From positions 64,001 to 128,000 of IMG/VR virus record IMGVR_UViG_3300027754_005796: a DNA stretch of 64,000 bases; one strand, 5' to 3'. A model generated the notes under the pieces. That model made no database searches and was not told the origin of the DNA. It was given only the letters and a program-made list of their open reading frames with translations. Of this stretch, positions 46,321 through 56,729 are shown piece after piece. Positions within the stretch are counted from its first letter, which is position 1. Each line of letters begins with the position of its first letter. The DNA comes from a virus. A program made the position numbers and the translations under genes.

Positions 46321-49241
46321 GAAATCCTTTTTTACCAATTACTTTCGATTATTTTGAGACAGTTGCCACCGAGGATTTGCCCAAAATAAAGCCTTTGAAT
46401 GGGGAATGGAAAAATTTAGATAATCCTAATGCATATTCTGTTATTTACAATTTTGATGCCACAAAAACCGATCCAAACGATTCCACCAAAATTATAAAAG
46501 ATGTCTGTGGAACAGATCGTCCCGCATATGATGTAAGATTCAGCGGTAATGATTATGGTCATGAAGGAATTAGCATCTCCTTTTACAGATGCGGAAGAAC
46601 AGCAGATCATCCAGAGGGATTTGGGGGATCGGTTTTTCAAGGGGTTCAAAGAGCAATTTATGATTATGTTATGGCCAGAAAGCCATTCGCTTTGAATTGG
46701 ACTCCTGTGTCAAGATCAGATGGACAGGCACGAGAAAGAGAGAGACAAAAGAGCACAAGTTCAAGACATAGAGTTTATGAAATGTTGTCCATAAGTCATT
46801 TGTTTCCCGATTATGTTTCTTATAAACCCAATCATTGGTTGAGAAGAGATTTGTATGAAAAGGTAGCAGCACCAGAGGGTATGCCTCCAGTTGAAGATGA
46901 AATAAAAGTCAATAGTCCTCTTGCCAAAAAAAAAGCAGCGATTAATGATATGCGACAAAAAAGTTCGCAGAAGCTATTGGCAAATGCCAATCTTGCTTCA
47001 GATATAGTAAGTAAAATCAACGAATTTGGAATTCAAATAAAGAATAAAGCTTTAGAGGATATTAAAGCCAAGAGATTAGAAGCTTTGAATTTACAAATAA
47101 ATGACCCTCAACAGAATCCTCATCGCTTAAAAGTTGATGATTTGGTGCATGTCAGTTTGGATTACCCAGAGGCATATAAATCCTATTTAAATGTCGAATC
47201 TAGTCATAGTTCGGTGCAGAAGATGGTGAATTCGGGTCGGGATTACGGCAAAATTGCTGATTTTAAATTTGAAAGTGTGCCTTGGGAAAATGGCAATAAA
47301 GAGATGTTGTTGGCAAAAGTTTTTCTAGTTGATTCGAGTAATGAAGAGCACCATGATGATTCTCAATTTACAGATTATTATATTTGGTTGCCAGCAAACC
47401 TTTTGGAAAAATACGGTCACGAAAAGCGTGAAGGCAAAAGAATGTCACGCTTACAGAAATTACTTGATAACGAAACAGAAAATCCAAAAAGGTTCCAAAT
47501 AGGTCAAGAAATCATTTGTGTTCCAGATGGTAATTATGCTTATAAAGTTAGGAGAAACGCTGATGGTTTCCAAAATGCTGGCGTAGGTGAAAAGTTTAAA
47601 ATTACTGATGCATACATTGATCCGATTAGTGGTTCAATAGATCTAAAAGCAAAATTTTTAGAAAATGTTTTAGAAGCCGAAGTTCCTGATTGGTTAAGCG
47701 CAATAATAAATCCATCTGATGTTGGTGTTTATAGTGATCGGACCATAGGATTTCATCCTAAAGACCGTGCTGTAAAACATGCAAATAGCACATCAATTGC
47801 AAAAGTAAAGATAGACTATAAAAAAGTTTATGACGCACTCAGTCGTCTCGTGGTAGGAGGTGAAAACCGTCTTGGTTTAAAAAAAGGCGACCAAATTGTT
47901 TTTGTAAAATCAGTAGATATTTCAGAAATTGCAAAAAACCTACCCATTGGTCAAATTGGAAAGGTTCATAAGATTATATTAGAAAGTAGCCTAGTTCCAG
48001 ATCAGATAGAAATAGACAATGTCGAATTTATAATTAATTGGACTAACAAAAACATACTTGAAGATGACTCTAGATTTATAGATGTATACGCCGGAATAGG
48101 AAGAACATTAAGTTTGGCGAAAAGCAATGGTAATAAAGACGAAAAATATTCACAAGATGATGTGAGAATTAAAAAACTAAATGAAGAATCGCAGGCTCTT
48201 GTCAAAAATAATTTTGAAAAGATGTATAAGAAATATCAAGAAATTATCAATCAAGAAATGACCAATAGTGCCAACAAATATGGTTTGAAGCCGGGGGACG
48301 AAGTAATTGTGACTTCCAAGAAAAATCCTAAATTTATTTATAATTTTTGTCAACAATATTTAAAGTACATAGGTGTAGGTAAGCTGCTTTCTTTTAAACT
48401 TCAAATTTCATACGATTTTTTAGAAGACCAAAATTACACAAGCGTAAAAGCAGATATCGAATATGATGTAGAAAAAACACAAGCTTTGACTGGACAGAAG
48501 TCAAACAGCAATCGTGGGCTTATCGATGTTGGTTTAGAAGATTGTTTAGATGTCGTGCCTTACAATCCAGCACAAATTCTCAATGTGAAAAATCTATTGC
48601 ACAACATCCAAGTTGTTACAAAAACCAGTAAAACCAAAGACTTTATTGACAGGCAAGTCAACAAATATTATAGTGATGCAGGTGCTTTCCACACAACCGA
48701 TGGCGACAAAATATTTCCTAAGGATGCTATTTTTTACAATGTGAATGATGAATGGCATCGTGGAATATATATTGGAAATAAAAATGAACGCTTGGCGTAT
48801 GTGGCTAAAAATACAAACACACAGTTTGAAGAGGTGCCTTATGAAGACATCAAGTCTGTTAATCCTCAAAAATCAAAAGCAAAAAAATCTTTTTTGAAAC
48901 ATGGCGGTACAGCTTTTCTTCCTACTTCTTCCCCGGATGCAATTTTTGGGATGGTTGGTCTAGCATTAGGAGATCCGGTTGATGTGGTTGCTGGAGAGCA
49001 CGCAAACAAATCTGGACACATTGTAAGCTGGAGGCGTTTACGGGGAGTTCCTTTTGCCAGCCCCTCTGATGGTCGTGGAGATATGGGTGCAGTCATTTCA
49101 ACTTATCCATCGCCTGACAAGCCGAGCGAAACTATCGTTGTCCCAGCATCTTCTCTCAAAAAGAGCGAAACCCTACATAGATTTGAATCTTTTAGCGGTT
49201 TTCTCTCCCTGCTCAACCGTTTTCTTGTTGAAAGACTCTGA
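46305..49241 (+). CDS. Large KOW/SH3-repeat protein, paralog 3
   Basis: Shared N-domain; GDPVDVVAGEHANKSGHIV. Confidence 0.7.
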   Translation: MEKIMRNPFLPITFDYFETVATEDLPKIKPLNGEWKNLDNPNAYSVIYNFDATKTDPNDSTKIIKDVCGTDRPAYDVRFSGNDYGHEGISISFYRCGRTADHPEGFGGSVFQGVQRAIYDYVMARKPFALNWTPVSRSDGQARERERQKSTSSRHRVYEMLSISHLFPDYVSYKPNHWLRRDLYEKVAAPEGMPPVEDEIKVNSPLAKKKAAINDMRQKSSQKLLANANLASDIVSKINEFGIQIKNKALEDIKAKRLEALNLQINDPQQNPHRLKVDDLVHVSLDYPEAYKSYLNVESSHSSVQKMVNSGRDYGKIADFKFESVPWENGNKEMLLAKVFLVDSSNEEHHDDSQFTDYYIWLPANLLEKYGHEKREGKRMSRLQKLLDNETENPKRFQIGQEIICVPDGNYAYKVRRNADGFQNAGVGEKFKITDAYIDPISGSIDLKAKFLENVLEAEVPDWLSAIINPSDVGVYSDRTIGFHPKDRAVKHANSTSIAKVKIDYKKVYDALSRLVVGGENRLGLKKGDQIVFVKSVDISEIAKNLPIGQIGKVHKIILESSLVPDQIEIDNVEFIINWTNKNILEDDSRFIDVYAGIGRTLSLAKSNGNKDEKYSQDDVRIKKLNEESQALVKNNFEKMYKKYQEIINQEMTNSANKYGLKPGDEVIVTSKKNPKFIYNFCQQYLKYIGVGKLLSFKLQISYDFLEDQNYTSVKADIEYDVEKTQALTGQKSNSNRGLIDVGLEDCLDVVPYNPAQILNVKNLLHNIQVVTKTSKTKDFIDRQVNKYYSDAGAFHTTDGDKIFPKDAIFYNVNDEWHRGIYIGNKNERLAYVAKNTNTQFEEVPYEDIKSVNPQKSKAKKSFLKHGGTAFLPTSSPDAIFGMVGLALGDPVDVVAGEHANKSGHIVSWRRLRGVPFASPSDGRGDMGAVISTYPSPDKPSETIVVPASSLKKSETLHRFESFSGFLSLLNRFLVERL

Positions 49242-49264
49242 TACAACATCGGAGGTATTTGATC

Positions 49265-49483
49265 ATGGATAAATATTTAAAAATACTTGCAGCCTTTGAA
49301 CAGGCTGGTGCTTTTATGCAAGTGGTGGCAAGTTTTCTTGCTACCTACCACAAAAGCTTAATTGAAAACGGCTTCCAGCGAGATGAAGCCCTGAAACTCG
49401 TCTCGGCACTTCAAAGAGAAATGATTCGTGAAGGTTTGCGCATGAACGATGACGATGAACCCGAAGAGCAAAGTGAAGAATAA
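49265..49483 (+). CDS. Hypothetical protein
   Basis: GGAGG RBS; YHKSLIENGFQRDEALKLV. Confidence 0.6.
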   Translation: MDKYLKILAAFEQAGAFMQVVASFLATYHKSLIENGFQRDEALKLVSALQREMIREGLRMNDDDEPEEQSEE

Positions 49484-49888
49484 ATGTCTGTCAAGCAAGT
49501 CATAATTTGGAGGCACGATCTTAAGTGTCGTCTGGGTAAAAAGATGGCGCAAGCAGGTCACGCTGCTCTTGCACCCTTCTTTGAAACATTTCAAAATAGT
49601 ACAGATGCAGATGGAAATGTCGTTTTTAAAATGACACTATCCCAGTTCGAGTGGTATTTGGGAAATCAAAAGAAAATTGTTTTACGGGTGGATACTGAAG
49701 CTGATTTGTTGTTTTTGTATCAAAGGGCCAAAGAGTTGCGAATTCCTGCTTATTTGATTGTTGACAGCGGTTTGACTGAGTGGGATGAGCCCACCAAGAC
49801 TTGCATATCACTTGGTCCATCTGAAGAAAAGATTATTGATGAATTGACAGGAGAGAAAGGACCTTTGGGTAAGTTGCAACTCCTTTAA
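49484..49888 (+). CDS. pth2: Peptidyl-tRNA hydrolase, Pth2 type
   Basis: KQVIIWRHDL..GKKMAQAGHA, KKIVL, IVDSGLTE, TCISLGP, IDELTG..L.LL. Confidence 0.95.
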   Translation: MSVKQVIIWRHDLKCRLGKKMAQAGHAALAPFFETFQNSTDADGNVVFKMTLSQFEWYLGNQKKIVLRVDTEADLLFLYQRAKELRIPAYLIVDSGLTEWDEPTKTCISLGPSEEKIIDELTGEKGPLGKLQLL

Positions 49889-49920
49889 AATATGCTCCAC
49901 ATAGAAGTAGATACTTTTAT

Positions 49921-50547
49921 ATGGAGGTGCGGGTGTCTGTTGCTCATAGGAAAGTTCTGGTTTTGAATAAATCGTGGCGACCAGTTGGTGTCATCACGGT
50001 CGAAAAAGCTTTACAAAAAGTATTTTCAACATATATTGATGGCACTCCAAAAGCCAAAATCGTTGATGCCGTTAATGATTTTGCCACATTTACTTGGGAA
50101 GACTGGTCTAAATTAATTCCCAAAGATGATGAACTTAAACTAAGGACAGTAAATGCTGTTTTCCGTGTGCCTGAAGTAATTCAATATACCCGTTATGACA
50201 AAGTGCCTAACCATAAGGTGCATTACAATCGAAGAACTATTTATCGGCGTGATAATTTTCGCTGTCAATATTGCGGCAAGCGGAAAACCACCAGCGAATT
50301 GAGTCTTGATCATGTGATCCCAAGATGTCAGGGAGGTCTGACAAATTGGGAAAATATTGTGGTGGCATGCACAGACTGTAATAGTCGCAAAGCTGGCAGA
50401 ACTCCGAAAGAGGCTGGTATGAAGCTGTTGCGACCACCTTTTAAACCCAAGCATGATTTCCTTGTCGAAGATATTCGTGTTGATTCTTGGACCGCTTTCT
50501 TAGGAGAAGCATATTGGAATGTTATGTTGGAAAATGACATAAAATAG
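49921..50547 (+). CDS. HNH endonuclease (McrA-like)
   Basis: VLVLNKSW, RRTIYRRDNFRCQYCG, LDHVIPR..GG...WENIVVACTDCNSRKA. Confidence 0.92.
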   Translation: MEVRVSVAHRKVLVLNKSWRPVGVITVEKALQKVFSTYIDGTPKAKIVDAVNDFATFTWEDWSKLIPKDDELKLRTVNAVFRVPEVIQYTRYDKVPNHKVHYNRRTIYRRDNFRCQYCGKRKTTSELSLDHVIPRCQGGLTNWENIVVACTDCNSRKAGRTPKEAGMKLLRPPFKPKHDFLVEDIRVDSWTAFLGEAYWNVMLENDIK

Positions 50548-50579
50548 CTTAAAATTGATTATTTAAAGGAGTCCTGCGA

Positions 50580-50768
50580 ATGTGGTTGAAATTATCGACG
50601 CAATGGATTAATATGGCGCACATGGTGCGTGTAGAGATTAAGGTTGAAGGTGGCAAGAAAATTGCCACCTTTTATTCTACAAAAACTGGTGGTCAGGACC
50701 GCACATTTGTTGAAGGTGCTGACGCAGAGGTAGTTGAAAAACACCTCTCCCAAAACAGCTTTGCTTAA
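50580..50768 (+). CDS. Hypothetical protein
   Basis: AAGGAG RBS, 62 aa. Confidence 0.55.
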   Translation: MWLKLSTQWINMAHMVRVEIKVEGGKKIATFYSTKTGGQDRTFVEGADAEVVEKHLSQNSFA

Positions 50769-50784
50769 TGAAAGCGAGACGGGG

Positions 50785-51936
50785 ATGTTGTCTATATTTT
50801 TAACATTTGCAGCATCCTTCGTTGGTTTGTGGGCGTTCTTCAAATATATTTTGTTGATTGAAATTCGAGTTGATGCCAACACATTCAAAACTTTCTATGA
50901 ATATTTCAAAAATGACAGGATGTTTCTATTACATGAGGAATTCACCTCTGAAACAAGACATCCAATTCATTACGCTGCCTTTTGTTGCCCACGCAATATG
51001 CCTTGGTTTTTTCTTTCTCACTCAGAAAGACTGATGCAGGCTGGCTGGATCAGCAAAGATTATGTGACAATAATTACCTGTTTTAGATGGCGTTATCGTT
51101 TCTTGAAAAATTTTCTGCAAACAAAATTAGTTGAGTCCAGTTTCAAGACTCATGGCATACCAGTTCAATTGTTGTTGCCATATGGTTTGGATCGTATTGG
51201 CGCATTGAAAGAACAAGCTCCTGAGCCTGTAGTCGATAGGTCGCTCTGGGAAGACTTGGAGAAAGAAGTTCAAGAAATTCTTAAGGGTTCCAGAAGAAAG
51301 ACGGGAGCTTTGCTCTACGGTCCACCCGGAAATGGCAAAACAAGTTTGGTCAAGTATATTGCAACCAAATACAGGTTGCCGATTATGATTTTTACTTTGA
51401 ATCCCGAATGGAATAATCAGGACATGCTAATGTTGTTCAGCAATATTCCTCAAGGCTGTATAGTCTTAATGGAAGATTTTGATAATTATTTTGACAAGCG
51501 TGTATGCATTGTCGGAAATGGCGATAAAGGTTGTGTTAAATTCACATATGATGTCATTTTGAATGGTCTTGACGGCGTTTACAACACATATGAGCGTGTC
51601 GTATTCATAATGACCGTCAATGATAAAAACAAAGTTGATGATGCCCTGATGAATCGGCCAAGTCGATTTAAGTTTGCTCGTGAGTTTGCTAATCCAGACC
51701 TTGCTGTGCGAATAAAACTTCTTGGAGAGGATTGGGCTGCAAGCACAGAAGGACTAAATTTGGATCAAATCTACAGACTGCAAGAGTATCAAAAACAAGG
51801 AAACAGTCTGGTTGAAGGCACCAAGAAATTAAACATCAAAGCAAACGCTGTTGAGAAAAAAGAGGCTTTGTCTGTTTTTCTCGCAAGCGCCATCTCATCA
51901 AATCAAGACATAGTCAATGAATTCAAGTTCAAGTAA
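50785..51936 (+). CDS. Membrane-anchored BCS1-like AAA+ ATPase
   Basis: N-terminal TM; LLYGPPGNGKT, LMEDFD, ILNGLDG, DALMNRPSRF. Confidence 0.88.
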   Translation: MLSIFLTFAASFVGLWAFFKYILLIEIRVDANTFKTFYEYFKNDRMFLLHEEFTSETRHPIHYAAFCCPRNMPWFFLSHSERLMQAGWISKDYVTIITCFRWRYRFLKNFLQTKLVESSFKTHGIPVQLLLPYGLDRIGALKEQAPEPVVDRSLWEDLEKEVQEILKGSRRKTGALLYGPPGNGKTSLVKYIATKYRLPIMIFTLNPEWNNQDMLMLFSNIPQGCIVLMEDFDNYFDKRVCIVGNGDKGCVKFTYDVILNGLDGVYNTYERVVFIMTVNDKNKVDDALMNRPSRFKFAREFANPDLAVRIKLLGEDWAASTEGLNLDQIYRLQEYQKQGNSLVEGTKKLNIKANAVEKKEALSVFLASAISSNQDIVNEFKFK

Positions 51937-52809
51937 ATTTCTCGGAAATTCTTCACCGGATGCAAACTTTTGATTTGCGCTATTTTTGAATTTCTCCTTG
52001 ATTCTTCGTAAAATGTTTGGATTGTGTGTGAAAAACATTTCCACATCTCTCTTTGTTTCTTTTTCGCTGAGAATTGAGTAGCCTGCTGTCTTAAAGGTTT
52101 TTTTGTAGCTTTCCTGTGGATCAAGCAATTTGTGCGAAGTTAGTGTTTTGACACCCATGTTGCCGAGTTCTTCTTCGTTAAAAATAAGATGAATAAATGC
52201 TTTGTTGTTATCAGCATGGGCACCATGTCTGGACACCCAAGGATGACATCTTAAACATATCTTGCAATCTTCGGTTTTTATAGATTTTATTTTTTCCAAA
52301 GTCTGATCAAAGTCTCCTGTGTGATCCATCACATCGTGCGCTAGGATGATGTCGTAAGGACCGTTTTTTTCCACATCTGTCCATGAATTTGTGAGTAATA
52401 AATTATTTGTGTTTTCAAATTTCCAATCTTGTTTTTTTGCGTCACATCCTACAACTTTTCTTGGTCCGTGAAGGTTGGTCATCACATACGCAACATGTCC
52501 TTCACCGCAGCCGATTTGCAGCACAGTTTTGTCAATCATATCTACTTTGATCAACTCGTGGACTATTTTTGCGCCTTGGTGCAATTTTTCATCTTCAGTT
52601 GTGCATATTTCCTCTGAAGGGATCGCATCTGGCCACACGCCTGATTTGGATAACATTCTGAGTTCTGTAATTTCTTTTAATTTTTCGTGATCAGTCTTGG
52701 GTTCAGGAGGCAGGGCTTTTTCTTCTGCAAGCAATTTTTGCATAAAATGCATCATGGCTTCCATATGGCTAATAAACTGTTTGACCGTTTGAATTTCAAT
52801 TTTCGTCAT
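51898..52809 (-). CDS. Class I SAM methyltransferase
   Basis: VLQIGCGEGH, YDIILAHDVMDH, HPWVSRHGAH. Confidence 0.82.
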   Translation of the reverse strand: MTKIEIQTVKQFISHMEAMMHFMQKLLAEEKALPPEPKTDHEKLKEITELRMLSKSGVWPDAIPSEEICTTEDEKLHQGAKIVHELIKVDMIDKTVLQIGCGEGHVAYVMTNLHGPRKVVGCDAKKQDWKFENTNNLLLTNSWTDVEKNGPYDIILAHDVMDHTGDFDQTLEKIKSIKTEDCKICLRCHPWVSRHGAHADNNKAFIHLIFNEEELGNMGVKTLTSHKLLDPQESYKKTFKTAGYSILSEKETKRDVEMFFTHNPNILRRIKEKFKNSANQKFASGEEFPRNLLELEFIDYVLI

Positions 52810-52811
52810 GA

Positions 52812-54086
52812 TTACCTCTGAACCACTAAGAGTTTGTTGTTGCAATATAGACTGAATTGAACGCCTTCATTTTGTAGGTGGGCAACGATCCTATTGTCGC
52901 AATGCAGGTCTTCTATGATGTAAAGACCGTTGTTGTCCAGAAGTTTGAAGAAGTTGTTGAAGGATAATATCTGCGCATCATAAACATGAGGTCCATCATC
53001 TATAATTATGTCATATTTTTGTCCTAGTTTGACAATTTTATCGTGATCTTTTTGTTCAAACTGGTTGATCTGATGAAACCCGAAGTTCGGCATGGTTTGT
53101 TCCAAGTCTGAACAATCTGCGATGTCAAGCCCTGTGATTTCGATGTTCTGGAAGTATGAATCCCATATTTTGATTGAGGCATAAGGAAATCTGGGATCGC
53201 TGATGCCTATTTCTAGTAGCTTTGTAGGACAAAGTCTTCTGCTTGTAAACAGACTTTCATAAACCTCTGTGTAAGAATGTTTTTCACCAACTTCTGTGCC
53301 TTTATCTGAACCTATGTAATTAGTAATTTTCGTCAAAGGCATAGAGGTGGAGAGTGCCTTAAGTCTTTGAAATTTTTCGACTTGTTCATTATTCATTTTT
53401 GTTTGGAAGAACTCAGTCCAGAATTCGTCATTTAGTGCATCAAAGTTGTAATTGTAATTTGTATTTGCAATGCAATAAGAGTCGGATATGGGCGCTACCT
53501 TGCCGCAAATTGATTCTGCTGCCCATCTGCTTGTTTCGGCTGGAAGTTTCATTTCCAACATTCTCTGCGTGTTGAACCAGAAATAAGTTCCGCTGAAATG
53601 CCAGTCGCTGCAAACCCAAGGAGCGCATGAAACATCTTTTCTCAAGCATCCGGCAAAAATGTTGTAAAACATGTTCAATTCAATGTGTGGAGTAAATTCT
53701 TTTTCAAGGTTGAAGTAGTACATGGCGATGATCCAGTTCAGGCAATTTTGGTAAGTATCATCGTGAGTTGTTCCTTTGTTGTGGCAATAAAAAGTGATGC
53801 TGCGTTGGTTTTTCAGCCGATGTATTTGTTCTTGAAAATAGGCGCTTTCTCGGCACTCGGAATCATTTTTGACAAATTCAATTTCTTTGTTGGGGAAAAA
53901 ACTGAAAAGATCGATAATTCTCTTTTTATTTTTGATGGATTTATCGGAAGCCAAGTAAATTATGATTTGTCCGTCAAAAACATTGTTGTAATGTTTGAGT
54001 AGGTTGAGATGTGTCAAAAAATTCTTGTCTATGAAGTCTTCGTTTTGAAGATAGGCATAGAACATGAGATTTTTCGTAAATGACAT
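52812..54086 (-). CDS. Glycosyltransferase-like domain fused to sugar O-methyltransferase
   Basis: FYCHNKG..WHFSGTYFWF; SDKG..HSYTEVY, LLEIGI, DIIIDDGPH, YIIEDL. Confidence 0.78.
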   Translation of the reverse strand: MSFTKNLMFYAYLQNEDFIDKNFLTHLNLLKHYNNVFDGQIIIYLASDKSIKNKKRIIDLFSFFPNKEIEFVKNDSECRESAYFQEQIHRLKNQRSITFYCHNKGTTHDDTYQNCLNWIIAMYYFNLEKEFTPHIELNMFYNIFAGCLRKDVSCAPWVCSDWHFSGTYFWFNTQRMLEMKLPAETSRWAAESICGKVAPISDSYCIANTNYNYNFDALNDEFWTEFFQTKMNNEQVEKFQRLKALSTSMPLTKITNYIGSDKGTEVGEKHSYTEVYESLFTSRRLCPTKLLEIGISDPRFPYASIKIWDSYFQNIEITGLDIADCSDLEQTMPNFGFHQINQFEQKDHDKIVKLGQKYDIIIDDGPHVYDAQILSFNNFFKLLDNNGLYIIEDLHCDNRIVAHLQNEGVQFSLYCNNKLLVVQR

Positions 54087-54144
54087 TTGAGGCTCCGTGT
54101 TAATCTACTCTAATAGAGAAAACCTAGATTAATTTGGAGTTTTC

Positions 54145-54912
54145 ATGGAAGACAAAATATTTGTTAAACGCAGCGTAACGGATCAGCCTTTTTACATGAT
54201 GCCGGTTGAAATAATTATTCCATATCATAATCAACTCACCAAAGTTGCTAATCTTTTGAATGATATATTTTCCACAGTCACCACAAATCGATATCTTGTT
54301 ACTTTAGTTGATGATGGCTCGGACAACAACACTTTACCCGATCAGATTAAAGACCGAAAATTAGATGGAATACGCATCTTGTCACATGCTAAATGCCAAG
54401 GATTTGGAGCAGCAGTCAATACTGCGCTTAAAAATCCATTTTCAGATAAAATTCCATATGTCCTGATTTTGCACTCCGATGTCGGACTCAGAGATTTGAG
54501 TTGGTTGCAAAATTTGGGGACATCTTTGATAAAAATGAAATCAGATGGAGTTAAGATGATATCTCCAACCACCAATAATCCTGTGGCAAGCTATGATTGT
54601 ATGAAAGCCACAAATTCTTTGGAAAAGCCTGATTTTATTTTAAATAATGAATATTTGCCAATGTACGCAGCACTTTGCCACCGTGAACTTTTTTCGAGAG
54701 TTGGGCTGATGACAGAGTGTCCTTATGCTGGCACGGAGGTAGAGGAGTTTGCAGATCGTATGCGGAAAAATAATTTCCGACAGGCGATTTGTGGTTCAAG
54801 TTGGGTTTACCATGAAGGAAATGCAAGTTTGTCGCATTTTTCCAAAAATAAAAAAATTCAGGAAATTATAAGCAAAACCAGACAGGAGTATTTGTCTAAA
54901 AAATTGGTTTGA
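54145..54912 (+). CDS. Family 2 glycosyltransferase
   Basis: IIIPYHN, LVDDGS, GFGAAVN, ILHSD, WVYHEG. Confidence 0.85.
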   Translation: MEDKIFVKRSVTDQPFYMMPVEIIIPYHNQLTKVANLLNDIFSTVTTNRYLVTLVDDGSDNNTLPDQIKDRKLDGIRILSHAKCQGFGAAVNTALKNPFSDKIPYVLILHSDVGLRDLSWLQNLGTSLIKMKSDGVKMISPTTNNPVASYDCMKATNSLEKPDFILNNEYLPMYAALCHRELFSRVGLMTECPYAGTEVEEFADRMRKNNFRQAICGSSWVYHEGNASLSHFSKNKKIQEIISKTRQEYLSKKLV

Positions 54913-54937
54913 CATAGTAAGTGTGAAAGGTTAGAGT
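54909..54937 (+). promoter_or_regulatory. Sigma-70 promoter
   Basis: TTGACA-17 nt-TAGAGT. Confidence 0.6.
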
Positions 54938-54978
54938 CTTGGACTCTTGGCCAATCACTTCGAGTATGGAGGTAAGTC

Positions 54979-55440
54979 ATGGGTAAGATAGTGAGCGTTA
55001 TTTTTGGTTTTTTTGGGTTTTTTGCGACTTTGGTCAGTTTGTATTTTGTCTACGATGCCTGCAATGTGCATCAACGATTTGAAATGAAAGAGATTGCGCT
55101 GCAAACGGAACGATTTAGAGCAGAAAATCTATATGATGAAGTTTCTGCTCTAAGGTATAAGTTATCAGACAGACCAACATATCTGGATGGTTATCGAGAC
55201 GCTGTTTTGCGTGCTGGAGTCCCCAACAATTCCGGTTCGTACAAGGATGGATTTTACGCAGCGTTTACCATGATGGGCGAAGGATCGTTTTTGGATGGCA
55301 TGAATGTCGCAAGAGCGCAATTTGGCCTGTCTCAAATCGTTTTGCCAACCAAAGAAACCGTAGGTCCACCCACCATGATGGATAGGGTAAAGCTTTTGGA
55401 GGAATTTGAAAAAACTTCACCACTCAAAACAAACAAGTAA
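54979..55440 (+). CDS. Membrane protein with YxDG repeats
   Basis: GGAGGT RBS; TM helix; YLDGYRDA/YKDGFYAA/FLDGMNVA. Confidence 0.6.
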   Translation: MGKIVSVIFGFFGFFATLVSLYFVYDACNVHQRFEMKEIALQTERFRAENLYDEVSALRYKLSDRPTYLDGYRDAVLRAGVPNNSGSYKDGFYAAFTMMGEGSFLDGMNVARAQFGLSQIVLPTKETVGPPTMMDRVKLLEEFEKTSPLKTNK

Positions 55441-55493
55441 TTTTCGTGTTATATTGGTTCTAGAGGATGAGCAAACTACGCAGGAGGTGACGG

Positions 55494-55670
55494 ATGTTGG
55501 TACTGAGTCGTAAATTGAACGAAGCTATTATGATTGGAGATAATATCAAAATTACAATTATAGATCTTGATAAAGGTCGTGTTCGGCTTGGCATCGAAGC
55601 TGATCGTAATATCCCTGTTCATCGTATTGAGGTATACAAGTCAATACAGGTAAAAAATGAGCAATCCTAG
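55494..55670 (+). CDS. csrA: Carbon storage regulator CsrA (below ORF-track cutoff)
   Basis: Hand translation MLVLSRKLNEAIMIGDNIKITIIDLDKGRVRLGIEADRNIPVHRIEVYKSIQVKNEQS; AGGAGG RBS. Confidence 0.95.
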   Translation: MLVLSRKLNEAIMIGDNIKITIIDLDKGRVRLGIEADRNIPVHRIEVYKSIQVKNEQS

Positions 55671-55851
55671 ACTTTGTCCGCAATGTAGGCAAATCATCCC
55701 TACAGACTGTGGTTATCAATTTGATAGCAGTTTGAATATGATTTGTCTGCAATGTGGATCTTATGTTTTGATATCTGGACTAAACACAGAGCATTCTTAT
55801 GCAGAAAATAATCAGCAGTCTGTTTCAGCATCACAACAAGAATCTATTTAA
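55657..55851 (+). CDS. Small zinc-ribbon protein
   Basis: CPQC...CLQC. Confidence 0.5.
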   Translation: MSNPRLCPQCRQIIPTDCGYQFDSSLNMICLQCGSYVLISGLNTEHSYAENNQQSVSASQQESI

Positions 55852-56443
55852 CAATTCACTTCAAATTCCACGAATTGAAATTGATTTTGACCGCAAATTC
55901 ATTATGCGGTGGATTGAAGATGCCATTTATATTGGTGTCGAAATTGCAACTATATCTTTGCCCGAACTGCATTGTCATGTCATTCACGAAATGGTACATA
56001 TCAGCAATGCCGAGCAAGACATAGAAGATGTCGGCGTAAATCAATATCACAACAAATTGTTTTGCAACAAATGCCTTAATTTAGGCTTTTTTGTTGTCAG
56101 ACATTGGACGCAGGGTTGGAGTTTGAACACAACTTTGCCGTTGAGAAATGTTCGTGACAAGAATATGTTTAAATCCCCCACGCAGCATGATCGTGAAAAC
56201 CTGCTCAAGGCTATCAAAGAGTTCAAAATGCATCGTGGTGAGTTCAGCAACAACATCGCCTGTGTGCGTTCGCAAATTTCTGCAAAAATTCCTAGTAAAA
56301 CCTTTTTTTTGAAGTATGTATGTCAATGCCCCTCTCCGCACAATAGCATTAGATCGGGACGCAGGCCAGACGGCAGAAACTCTCTCGATATCAAATGCAA
56401 GCGTTGCAATTGCGACTTTAGTTGTGTTTCTCCCCTAGTTTAA
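55799..56443 (+). CDS. SprT-like zinc metalloprotease domain protein
   Basis: IHEMVH, YHNKLF, C-terminal YVCQC...CKRC. Confidence 0.78.
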   Translation: MQKIISSLFQHHNKNLFNNSLQIPRIEIDFDRKFIMRWIEDAIYIGVEIATISLPELHCHVIHEMVHISNAEQDIEDVGVNQYHNKLFCNKCLNLGFFVVRHWTQGWSLNTTLPLRNVRDKNMFKSPTQHDRENLLKAIKEFKMHRGEFSNNIACVRSQISAKIPSKTFFLKYVCQCPSPHNSIRSGRRPDGRNSLDIKCKRCNCDFSCVSPLV

Positions 56444-56576
56444 AATCTGGGGATATTTTTTTAATTACTTTGATATAAAAAAAATATAGCAAAGCTGTAG
56501 TAATTGAAAATTCTAAAAAACCGGATGTTATTTTTCCAATTTCAAAGTCCATGTCTGTGACGGGCGTAAACACTAT
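56418..56576 (-). pseudogene. C-terminal (TM2) remnant of an MscL-like channel
   Basis: IVFTPVTDMDFEIGKITSGFLEFSITTALLYFFYIKVIKKI resembles MscL TM2. Confidence 0.45.
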
Positions 56577-56729
56577 AGTGTGGTCTATCCTCCAGACCAT
56601 GATACAAAGCACACAAGATAAAAAGCATCAGCGACGATGAAAGAACATTGATGTTTCATATTCCAGAACTGATGGACTATAGTAAGACAGTTGTGGAATT
56701 TAAAGAAAATTCAAGACTGGAGAAACAAA

